A stretch of 64,000 nt of DNA from positions 512,001 to 576,000 of the forward strand of contig OY969474.1 of assembly GCA_963700145.1 (NCBI GenBank), in the 5' to 3' direction. Below are positions 1 to 10,200 of this stretch, in pieces. The stretch is from an uncultured Acidobacteriota bacterium. Lineage in GTDB: Bacteria > Acidobacteriota > Thermoanaerobaculia > Multivoradales > UBA5704. The position numbers and the translations under genes were made by a program. Under the pieces are notes generated by a model. The model saw only the letters and a program-made list of their open reading frames with translations, was not told where the DNA came from and ran no database searches. Position 1 is the stretch's first letter; every line of letters begins with the position of its first letter.

Positions 1-423
1 GCGCTGGTCAAGGACATGACCGATATCGACTGTGCCACCTTCGCGCAGCGGGTCGTCTCGGAGTTCGTCACTGCCGGCGACCTGGAGGCGCATATTCCTG
101 TCCTCCGCCAGGCCTACGCGCTCCGCCGCGACGTGCTACTCGCCGCACTCGCTCGCCACATGCCGGAAGGCACTCGGTGGTCTCGCCCGAGCAGCGGCAT
201 GTTCGTATGGGTCGAGCTGCCGGGGGGAATCGACACCTCCGCGCTCTTGCGCCAGGCGATCGAGAACGAGCGGGTGGCGTTCGTGCCCGGAGCCGCTTTC
301 TCGCTGGATGGCCATGCCGGCCGGCACGCCCTACGTCTCAACTTTTCCAACCGCGGCATCGCCGATATCGAGGAGGGCGTGGAGCGGCTCGGCAGGGCGG
401 TGCGTGCGGCGATCGCCGGCTAG
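1..423 (+). CDS. PLP-dependent aminotransferase class I/II (2-aminoadipate transaminase/MocR-like), C-terminal part; 5' end outside the window
   Basis: Frame open from base 1; motifs YALRRD, P-SSGMFVWV, VAFVPGAAF and LRLNFS are typical of the C-terminal domain of this family. Confidence 0.85.
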   Translation, partial: ALVKDMTDIDCATFAQRVVSEFVTAGDLEAHIPVLRQAYALRRDVLLAALARHMPEGTRWSRPSSGMFVWVELPGGIDTSALLRQAIENERVAFVPGAAFSLDGHAGRHALRLNFSNRGIADIEEGVERLGRAVRAAIAG

Positions 424-453
424 AGACGGCTCGCTACCGAATGAAAGGATCGT

Positions 454-2937
454 ATGCTTCTGGAGTGGTGGCATGATTTTCGGTTCGGGCTGCGGTTGCT
501 CTATCGCAGCCCCGTGTTCGCTCTAGTCGCCATCGTCACACTGGCCGTTGGCATCGGCGCCAACACTGCCATCTTCAGCCTGATCAACGCCGTCCTGCTG
601 AGGCCGCTCCCGTTCGCGGATGCTGGCGCATTGACCATGGTCTGGGAATCGCTTCCCGAGCTGGGTGCCGACAAGATTTCGTTTTCGGCCCCGGACCTGA
701 GGGATTTCAAGGAGCGGCAGCGGTCGTTCAAGAGTATCGCGACGTTCCAGAACAAACATGTCGAGTTCTCCATCTCGGGGGCGGCCGAGCGCATCGTCGC
801 CGCCCGGGCGTCGGCCAGCCTTCTTCCTCTCCTCGGCGTCTCTCCGAGCCGCGGTCGGTGGTTCACCAAGCAGGAGGACGAGAGCGGCACCAGACTGGTA
901 GTCCTCAGCCATGGGCTGTGGCGGCGCCGGTTCAATGGCGACCCAGGCATCCTCGGAAGGGCAGTTTCGATCGATCGCGTGCCTTATACCGTCGTCGGCG
1001 TCATGCCGCGCGGCTTTCGGTTTCCGCCGCCCGGCCCGCCGTTCAACAACATGCCCGCAGAGCTCTGGCTGCCCATGTCGTTCACACAGTCCGAGCTGGA
1101 GTCGCGGGGCGACATGTACAACCACAGCGTCATCGGACGTCTGCGCAAGGGCATGACCCTCGAGCGTGCCCGCGCGGAGGCACGGTCTCTCGCGACCCAG
1201 ATCCAGCAGGAGTATCCGGCGGAGCTCAATCAGGCCTTCGGCGGCGCCCGCCTACGGCTCGAGGTCGTGCCCCTGCGGGACGAGCTGGTCGGGCCGTCGC
1301 GCGCCCTGCTGCTCATCCTGATGGCGGCCGTCGGCATGGTCTTGCTGATCGCCTGCGCCAACATCGCCAACCTGCTCCTGGCACGAACCACCGGTCGCGG
1401 GCGCGAGATGGCCCTGCGAGTCGCTTTCGGAGCCGGACGCAAGCGTCTGTTCCGCCAGATGTTGTTGGAGGCGTTGTCCCTGGCGCTGCCGGGAGGGGCG
1501 CTGGGACTGGTCCTCGCCCACCTTGCGGTCGTGGCGTTCTCGCGCTTGATTCCGTCGCAATTCGCGATGCCCGAGGAGATTCAGCTCGACGGAACAGTGC
1601 TGCTGATGACGCTGCTGCTCTCGCTCGGCAGCGCGGTGCTGTTCGGCGTGGCCCCAGGCCTCCAGGTATCGCGGCGCGAGATCCAGTCGGAGCTCAACGA
1701 AGGCGGGCGCACCGTCACGGCGAGCCGCGGTCTCCGGGCCGTGCAGAACACGTTCGTCGTATCGCAGTTCGCATTGGCGTTGCTGTTGCTGGTCGCCGCC
1801 GGGCTGCTCGTGCGCAGCTTCCTCCGCCTCCTCGCCACCGATCCCGGGTTCGAGCCCGATCGCGTGTTGACGTTCTCGGTCACCCTCCCTCCCACCGCCT
1901 ATGCGCGGGCTTCCGATGTCCGCTCGTTCTACCGCGATCTCCTGGAGCGCTTGGCGACCTTGCCCGACGTAACGGCCGCGGGAGCCGCGAGCGATCTCCC
2001 TCTCGCGGGCCGCGAGGTCCGCGCGTTCCGAGCCGAGGGGAGCCCTCGCGACTCCTCGAGCGCTCCCGTCGCTTCGCATAGCTGGGTCAGCGGCGAGTAC
2101 TTCGATGCCTTCGGCATCCCCCTGCTCCGCGGCCGCCGGTTCACCGAGGGTGACCGCCGTGAGACTGCGCCCGTGGCCATCGTCAGCGAAACCCTCGCGC
2201 AGGGGCTGTGGCCGGGGCAGGACCCCATCGGCAAGAGGATCCGATGGACGTGGGACGAGGCACCCTGGCTCACGGTCGTGGGCGTCGTGGGCGACGTCAA
2301 GGATGGTCCTCTACAGAGCGAGCCGCGGCTCCATACCTATACGCCTTACGCCCAGGAGGAGGACTGGGTGATCGAAGATGCCGTCGTCGGCCAGCTGCGC
2401 TCGCTCAACTTCGTCGTGCACGCCGAAGAGGACCTCGCCGCTCTGCTGCCGTCCGTGCGCGAGGTCGTACGCGAGCTGGACCCGGGCCTCGCCGTCGCCA
2501 ACGTCCAACCCATGGCAGAGATCCTGCGCGAGTCCGTCGGGCCGCAGAGGTTCAGCGCCCTCCTCGTGGGGCAATTCGCCCTCGCCGCCCTGTTCTTGGC
2601 CGCGATCGGCATTTACGGCGTCATGGCCTATGGTGTCACTCAGCGCTACCACGAGATCGGCATCCGTCTTGCGGTCGGGAGCCAGACCCGCGACGTCCTG
2701 CGCTTGGTGAGCCTGCAAGGGCTGAAGCTCGCAGGCGTAGGGATAGGCCTGGGATTGCTCTGTGCCGCCGTCGCGACGAGGCTGATGCGGAGCCTCCTCT
2801 TCGGCGTCGAGGCCACCGATCCCGCGACCTTCGTCATTACACCGCTGGTGCTGGCGGCGGTGGCGCTCGCGGCCTGCTACTTCCCGGCTCGACGCGCTAC
2901 CCGGGTCGACCCTCTGATAGTCATGCGCAAACAGTGA
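454..2937 (+). CDS. ABC transporter permease, ADOP type (duplicated MacB_PCD/FtsX)
   Basis: 827 aa; LAVGIGANTAIFS, LLIACANIANLLLAR..R.REMALR, VVSQFALALLLL and EIGIRLAVG...PARRATRVDP give the two-repeat MacB/FtsX architecture. Confidence 0.92.
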   Translation: MLLEWWHDFRFGLRLLYRSPVFALVAIVTLAVGIGANTAIFSLINAVLLRPLPFADAGALTMVWESLPELGADKISFSAPDLRDFKERQRSFKSIATFQNKHVEFSISGAAERIVAARASASLLPLLGVSPSRGRWFTKQEDESGTRLVVLSHGLWRRRFNGDPGILGRAVSIDRVPYTVVGVMPRGFRFPPPGPPFNNMPAELWLPMSFTQSELESRGDMYNHSVIGRLRKGMTLERARAEARSLATQIQQEYPAELNQAFGGARLRLEVVPLRDELVGPSRALLLILMAAVGMVLLIACANIANLLLARTTGRGREMALRVAFGAGRKRLFRQMLLEALSLALPGGALGLVLAHLAVVAFSRLIPSQFAMPEEIQLDGTVLLMTLLLSLGSAVLFGVAPGLQVSRREIQSELNEGGRTVTASRGLRAVQNTFVVSQFALALLLLVAAGLLVRSFLRLLATDPGFEPDRVLTFSVTLPPTAYARASDVRSFYRDLLERLATLPDVTAAGAASDLPLAGREVRAFRAEGSPRDSSSAPVASHSWVSGEYFDAFGIPLLRGRRFTEGDRRETAPVAIVSETLAQGLWPGQDPIGKRIRWTWDEAPWLTVVGVVGDVKDGPLQSEPRLHTYTPYAQEEDWVIEDAVVGQLRSLNFVVHAEEDLAALLPSVREVVRELDPGLAVANVQPMAEILRESVGPQRFSALLVGQFALAALFLAAIGIYGVMAYGVTQRYHEIGIRLAVGSQTRDVLRLVSLQGLKLAGVGIGLGLLCAAVATRLMRSLLFGVEATDPATFVITPLVLAAVALAACYFPARRATRVDPLIVMRKQ

Positions 2938-2968
2938 CCGCGCCCGTCCACGGCGACGGTGCGGGACG

Positions 2969-4270
2969 TCACGCCGAGTCCAGCTCCTCGGCGGCCTCCT
3001 CCGCCACGTCGGCCGGGGAGAGCAGCAGCGGCAGAGAGGCGATCGCGGCCACCAGATAGAGGCACGCCGCCACGTTCAACATCACCGTCGCTCCGGTGAC
3101 GTCCGCCAGGGTGCTGCCGAGCCCCATCCCGGCGAGCATCGTCAGCGAGATCACGGTGGTGTAGGCGCCGAAGACCCGCCCCCGGTACTCGTCCGTGGTG
3201 CTGGTCTGGAGCAGGATCTGCGCCCCGACCAGCCAGGCCATCGCCGGAAGGCCGACGATCACCAGCAGAACCAGGGTCAGCCAGAACGACGGCACGTTGA
3301 CAATGACCAGGAAGATCAGGCCGAGGCTGAGCAGGCCTAGTCCGACCAGGCGAGCCGCACGGACGTTGCTGCTGGTGTGGCCAATGACGAACCCGCCGAG
3401 CATTCCACCCAGGCCTCGCGCCGTGAGCAGCCAGCCGAACTCTGCGGCTCCGACCTTCAGGCCGTCCTTGACGAAGACGACGAGCAGGGCGGTGAGGATG
3501 CTGTCGCCGAAGGTGGAGATGCCCTGCACCAGGAAGAGCCAAAGAACCCGCCGATTGCGGGAGAGCAGACGGAGACCCTCGATCCACTCGCTTCCCCAAC
3601 CGGTCCCGCGGCGGCGAGAGACGTCGGCGGGAGCTCCCTCGACGGCCGGTACAGGGGCGGTCCGCCCCCCCATGAAGGAGAGGAACAACGCCGACACAAG
3701 GAAGGAGGCCGAATCGAGCACCACGACGCCGGACAGACCCACCACCCCGAGCAGTCCGCCGCCCACCAACGGGCCGATGAGCCGGGCGATGTTGTCGCTC
3801 AGGGCGTCGAGCGAGTTCGCGGCCCCGAGCTGGCGCTTGCCCACCAGCAGCGGGATCAGGGAGAACTTGGCGGGGACGAAGAACAGCGAAACGAGCGCGC
3901 TCAGGAACGCCACCACGTAGAGAATCCAGACCGTGTCAGCCGAGCGCGCCAGCAGGAAGAAGGGGACGAGCACGGCACGCAGGATGTCGCAGACGATGAG
4001 CGTGGATTTGCGGTTCCAGCGGTCCACGAAGACGCCTGCCAGGGAGGACAAGAAGAGCCCCGGCAGCAGCTGCGTGACGAAAAGGGTTCCCGTGATCGTC
4101 GCTGATCCGGTCAGCTCATAGGCGTAGAAGGGAAGGGCGGTGATGCGCACCCAATCCCCGATCGCGGAGATGACCTGGCCGATGAGCAGCAGCGAGAAGT
4201 CGCGCTGCCGCAGGACTTCCCACATCGCCAGCCGGTCGGCTTTTCTCTGTCGTGCGTTCTCGCTGTTCAA
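2969..4270 (-). CDS. MFS transporter (DHA3/MefA-like), likely product exporter
   Basis: About 12 hydrophobic segments; GQVISAIGDW, GVFVDRWNRK, EYRGRVFG. Start is either TTG 4270 (4-nt overlap with the NRPS stop at 4267) or ATG 4225; the longer ORF-track N-terminus is off-frame NRPS sequence. Confidence 0.88.
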   Translation of the reverse strand: MNSENARQRKADRLAMWEVLRQRDFSLLLIGQVISAIGDWVRITALPFYAYELTGSATITGTLFVTQLLPGLFLSSLAGVFVDRWNRKSTLIVCDILRAVLVPFFLLARSADTVWILYVVAFLSALVSLFFVPAKFSLIPLLVGKRQLGAANSLDALSDNIARLIGPLVGGGLLGVVGLSGVVVLDSASFLVSALFLSFMGGRTAPVPAVEGAPADVSRRRGTGWGSEWIEGLRLLSRNRRVLWLFLVQGISTFGDSILTALLVVFVKDGLKVGAAEFGWLLTARGLGGMLGGFVIGHTSSNVRAARLVGLGLLSLGLIFLVIVNVPSFWLTLVLLVIVGLPAMAWLVGAQILLQTSTTDEYRGRVFGAYTTVISLTMLAGMGLGSTLADVTGATVMLNVAACLYLVAAIASLPLLLSPADVAEEAAEELDSA

Positions 4271-7200
4271 GTTCGGTCCTCGGCCATGTTGAGGCATTCG
4301 GTGAGCCGGCTGGCCAGGGACCGCACCCGCGGCTCGATCATCATCGTGCTGTGGCTGCCCGGGACGTCGAGGACGACCAGGGGTTCGGAGGTGAGAGCCT
4401 GCCAACCCGACCACAGCTCGGGGCTCCCGAGACCCGGATGGTCCACCAGCTCGCGCAGCCAGGGGTCCTCCTCCGGTGCGCGGAGTATGGTGATGCGCCC
4501 GGAGTAGACCCGCGGCACGAACTGCCGGAGGACGCTGAGCGCGCTGAGGTGGATCTTGAAGATGCGCCGCATGTGCTCCCTGCCGGCCGGCGGCAACACC
4601 CCGGCGGCGAGCAGGCGCTCCAACGCCCAGTCCAGCCGCCGCGTCGGCTCCACGGCGCGAATCTCGTCGAGGTCGACGTCCGGCGAGCTGCCGTGCAAAC
4701 GGGCCGCGGCGGCCATCAGCTCGACGAGGACGGCCTCGTCCGCCGCCACGGCTTCGGACAGGATCAGCCGCCCGCGGTGGATCGGGGACCAGACGTCGAG
4801 CAACGCCAGCAGCGCCACCTGCTGGCCCCGCTCGCACAACTGCCGCGCCATCTCGAAGGCGACGAAGCCGCCGAAGGAGAACCCGCCCAGCAGATAGGGC
4901 CCCTGCGGTTGGAGCTGCCGGATCTCGTCCAGGTAACAGGCCGCCATGTCCTCGACGGACGTGAGCGGCTCGCGAGTGCCGTCGAGGCCCACCGCCTGGA
5001 GCGCATAGAACGGCCGTTCGGGGTCGAAGTGCCGCGCCAAGTCGGCGAAGCTCAGGACGTTGCCGCCCGCGGGATGAACGCAGAAGAAGGGACGGCGGCT
5101 GCCGCCGGGCTTGATCGCCACCAGCGGCGACCACGCTGCCAGATCCTTGCGCTCACGGAGGCGGGCGGCAAGCTCCCGGGGCGTGGTCGCGGACAGCAGT
5201 ACCGACAGCGGCAGATCGTGCCCGAACTGCTCACGGATGCGCGTCATCAGCGCGATGGCCAGGACGGAGGTGCCGCCTAGTTCGAAAAAGTCGTCGGTGG
5301 CCGCGATCGGGCGGAGTCCGAACACCGTTTCCCAGAGCGCGGCGAGCTGGATCTCCAGGACGTCCACTCCGGCGAGGTCCCGCTGCAGGCTGCCGCGCCT
5401 CGCTTCGCCATGGACCGCGTCGGGGTCCGGCAGAGAGCCCGCAGCCAGCTCGCCGGCGGCGTCGCGCGGCAGAGCGTCGAGGAACACGAAGTCGGTGGGC
5501 AGCCGGCGGCCGTCGACGCGCTCGCGCAGCCAGCTCCGCAGCACCGCGGCGGAAGGGCGTGCCTGGCCTGAAGACACGACATAGGCCACCAGGGCGGTGC
5601 CCCGGCTCACCACTGCAACGTCCCGCACGTCCGGACGTTGGCGCAGAGCCGCTTCCAGCTCCTCGTCCGCCGCAGCGGGGCTGGAAACCTCGCTGGCGCA
5701 GAGCTGACTCCTCTCCTGCGCGTCGAGAAGCGGCAGCTCTCCGAGCCGGGTCTCCGGCGGGCCCGTCATGCCCTCCAGCAGGCTGCGGACCCGGCCCAAG
5801 ATGCGCTGCGCCGTCGCGGCGTCGAAGCGCCGGCAGTCGTAAGCGAGGGACAACGGAAGTGCCGGCGCCGGCTCGGCAAGCAGGGTCAGGGCGCTACTGG
5901 TGCGGCTGCCGAAGTGATACACCTGCTCTGTGACCAAGCTCCGGGGGCCGGAGGCGTCGCTCTCCACCGGGTAGTTTTCGAACACCACCATGCTCTCATA
6001 GAGCGGCAGGTGGGCCGGTACCTCGCTGCCGGCGCGGATCCGCGCTTGGGAGAGATACTCGTAGGAACGCTGGCGGACCTGCCGATCCAGGAGCTCCCGC
6101 AGCCAGGGGATCAACTCCGCGTCGAGTCTGACCGGCACGCGCAGCGGCACGTTGTTGAGGAAGGGGCCGAGGATGGCCTCGACACCCGGCAGGTCCGGTG
6201 GACGGCCGGAAACCGTGATCCCGAAGATCGCCTCCTCTTCGCCGCTCGAGCGCGCGAGGCAGAGGGCCCAGGCGCCTTGCACGAGAGTCCCGAGCGTCAA
6301 GCGGTCGGAGCGCGCCCGGTCGCGCAGCGCCGCGGACAGCTCCGGGCTGAGCAGGAGTCGTGCCTCGCCGAAGCCCGTCGCCGTCGGGTCCCGGTGGACG
6401 CCGTCCAGGGGCAGCGGCGTGGGCGCGCCGAACCCCTCGAGGGCTTGGCGCCAGAAGGTTTCGGCCTCACGCTCGTCCTGCCGCTGCAGCCAGGCGATGA
6501 AGTCGCGGTACGACCTCGCAGGGGGAAGCTGCGGCTCCTCTCCGGCGGCGAGCGCTTCGTAGAGCCGGAAGACCTCGGCCACCAGGCGGGCGTGCCCCCA
6601 GCCGTCGAGCAGGAGATGATGCACGGTCCACAGCAGATGGTGCTCGCGCTCGCCCGTACGCACGAGAGTGAGCCGCATGAGGGGAGGGCGGTCCAGAGCC
6701 AGGCCGCGGCGCCGGTCCTCCAAGCAGAGGGCTTCGAGAGCCGTCGGCCTTCGAGCTTCGGGCAGCGCGCTCCAGTCCAGTGTCTCCCACGGCAGCCGCG
6801 GCGCACGGCAGACGGCCTGCAGCGGCTCTCGCAGGTCGCGCCAGAGGAAGGCCGTGCGCAGCATTCCATGGCGTTCCATGGCCCGCTGCCAGCTCGCCCG
6901 GAGGGTCTCGCCGTCGAGAGGACCTTGCAGGCGCCAGAGGAATTGGAGCACCCCGAGATCCGAGTGGGCGACGGCCACGGCATGGATCAGCATATCGAGC
7001 TGCATGGGCGACAGAGGGAGCAGGTCCACGATCGCCGGTTCGCTGCGGAGAAGGCGATCGAGGGTGCCCTGGTCCACGCGCGCGAGGGGGAAATCGGAAG
7101 GGGTCGCGCCTCCTGGCTCCACTTCCAGGCAATGCGCAATCAGCGTGCGCAAGGCGGCGGTGAAGCCCGCGCAGATCCATTGGATCCGCGCGTCGTCGTG

Positions 7201-10200
7201 CAGCTCGGGGCTGTAGGTCCAATCGACCCGGAGTTCGCCGGCGAAGACCATGGCCAGGATCTCGAAGGCGTGCACACGGCGGTTGCGGGGGCTCCGATAC
7301 GGTCCGACGGGCTCCGGCGCAGGGGCGAGGAGGCTCTCGCGGGACAGCGGGGAGTCGATGCGGCCCAGATAATTGAAGCTGACCGTGGCCGGCGGCAGCT
7401 CACGGAGCGACCGCGCGACGGACTCGTCCGCGCAGAGGTACCGCAGGACGCCGAAGCCCAGCCCGTGCAGCGGCACGGAACGCAGCCGCTCCTTGACGGC
7501 CTTCAACAGCTCGCCCGGCCCCGTGGCTCCATCGCGGCAGAGGGTGACCGGATAGAGCGCGGTGAACCACCCGACCGTCCGGGACAGGTCCACGTCGGCG
7601 AAGAGCGGCTCGCGTCCGTGCGCTTCCAGGTCGATGCGCAGCCCGCTCCCCTCGCCGCACCACTCCTCGAAGACGAGCAACAGAGCCGTCAGCAGCACGT
7701 CGTCGACGCGGTTGCGGTAGGCCCGCGGCACCTGCTGCAGCAGCGCCTGCGTCTCCTCGGCGGTGAGCGATACCGAGAGCGTGCGAGTGGAAGTTGGCAC
7801 GCCGCTGCCGCCGCGGTCGACCGGCACCGGAACCACCGGCCTGGCTCCCTCCGCGAGCCAGAAGCCCAGCTCTTGCAGCGCCGCCGGCGTCGCGGCGTAG
7901 GCCTCGAGTCGGGTGCTCCAATCCCGCCAGGACGTCGTCTTGGCCGCGAGCCGGAGGTTGCGGCTGCCACCCTCGATGCGCAGCGCGGTCTCCAGGTCCT
8001 CCAAGAGGATGGACCAGGAGACGGTGTCGACGACGAGGTGGTGGATGACAATCAACAGCCGGCCGTCCCGGTCCGGACCCAGGTCGAACCACGCGGCCCG
8101 CAGGAGGGGACCGGCGGTGAGATCGAGGCCCGTTTGCAGACCGGCCGCTGCGGCCGTCACGGTCGCCGCCTGCTGGTGGACGCCCAGAGCGGACAGGTCG
8201 GCGTGCGAGAACGACACCGGCTCTCCAGGGGCGCCGCCGGTCGGTTCCCACGTGTCGCCGCGGCGAGCGAAACGCAGCCGCAGAGCGTCATGACGTTCGA
8301 GCAGACCGGCCAGAGCGCGCTCCAGCGCCCGTGGCGAGACGCGATGCCGCACGACGAGCAGCGCCGCCTGGTTGAAGTGCCAGGGCTCTGCGAAGTCCTG
8401 CTCGAAGAACCAGCGCTGGATCGGAGTGAGCGTCACCGCATCGGTGACGGCCTCTTGCTCGGTCCGGAGCGTCGAGGCCGGCTCGGTGAGCGCCGCCAGC
8501 TCGCTGACCGTCGGGCAGCGGAAGAGGGAGAGCGGAGGCAGGCCGAGGCCGATCTCGTGACCGCGGGCGCTGATCCGGATGGCAAGGATCGAGTCGCCAC
8601 CGAGCTCGAAGAAGTTGTCGTGGATCCCGATGCCTTCGATGCCGAGGACGGCGCTCCAGATCTCGATCAGGTGTCTCTCGACCGCCGTCCTCGGCGCCGC
8701 ATAGGGGACTGCCAGGTCGGGGCGAGTGGGATCCGGGAGCGGCAGGAGCCGCCGGTTCACCTTGCCGGTGGGGGTTAGGGGGAGAGCGTCGAGCAGGACG
8801 AAGGCAGCGGGCACCATGTACGACGGCAGTTGACCGCTCAGGGCGTTGCGCAGCTCGGCGCGCGTCGGATTGGCCTCCCGAGCTGGGACGACATAGGCAG
8901 TGAGACGCCGGTCGCCTGGGCGAGGCTCGAACACCGTGACCGCGCTCGCGGCGACGCCGGGGTGCCGCGACAGCGCCGCTTCGACGTCTCCGAGCTCGAT
9001 CCGGAAGCCGCGGACCTTTACTTGATGGTCGGTCCGGCCGAGGAACTCCAGACTGCCGTCGGTCCGATGGCGGGCGCGGTCTCCCGTCCGATACAGCCGC
9101 GCTCCGGGTTGACCGCCGAACGGGTCTGGAACGAAGCGCTCCGCCGTCAGATCGGGCCGGCCGCCGTAACCCCGCGCCAGGCAATCGCCGCCGACGAAGA
9201 TCTCGCCGGCGGCCCCTTGCGGGACCAGCTCGCCGTGGGAGCCCAGCAGGTAGAGGCGCACGTTGTCGACGGGGTAGCCGAGCGACGGCGGCTCGGCACT
9301 GCCTGCTGGGACGAGACCGGCGGTGGCCAGGACCGTCGTCTCCGTCGGCCCGAAGCAGTTGTACACCTCGAAGGGGATGCCCGGGCGGTGCGCCTGCCGC
9401 ATCCAGTCTCCGCCGACGAGCAGGCTGCGCAGCGCCGTCGGTTCCGGCCACGGCAGTCTCAGCACCGCTTCGGCCAGGGGTGTGACCAGCAGATGGACCT
9501 TGATCCCTTCCGCCACCAGCCAGTCGCGCAGACGTTCCGGCTGCTGGCGCTCCTCATCTCCGGCGATGTGGACGCTCCCCCCCGACGTGAGGCTCGGCCA
9601 GATCTCGCCGACCGACGAGTCGAAGGAGAAACTGGCCGTCTTGCCCGAGCGGTCACCGGGGCCGACGGCGAAGCGGCGGCGGTGGAAGGTGATGTAGTTG
9701 ACGACACTGCGGTGCTCGACCTGGATGCCCTTGGGCTCTCCCGTCGAGCCCGACGTATAGATGACGTAAGCCAGGTGACGCGGCGAGCGCGGGCCCGGCG
9801 GGCGCTCCGTTGTCCCCTGGTGCGACTCCGGGCCGTCCAGCAGCAGCCGGGGAACGCGGGTCCGTGACACGCGCGCCACCAGGTGCTCCTGGGTGAGCAG
9901 CGCCGCCGCCCCGGAGTCCTCCAGCATGACGCGCAGCCTCTCCTCGGGATAGGAAGGATCGAGCGGCAGGTAGGCTCCTCCGGCCTTGAGCACCGCCAGA
10001 GCGGCGACGATCATCTCGAGGCTCGGATCGGTGGCGATCCCCACTGGCACGTCGGGGCCGACGCCGAGCCGCCGTAAGCGCCATGCCAGATGGTTCGCCC
10101 GGCGCTCCAGCTCGCCGTAGGTCAGGCATCGACCCGGCTCGGAGACGGCGAGCGCGTCGGGGGAGGCCGCCGCCTGCTCTTCGAACAGCTCGTGGACGCA

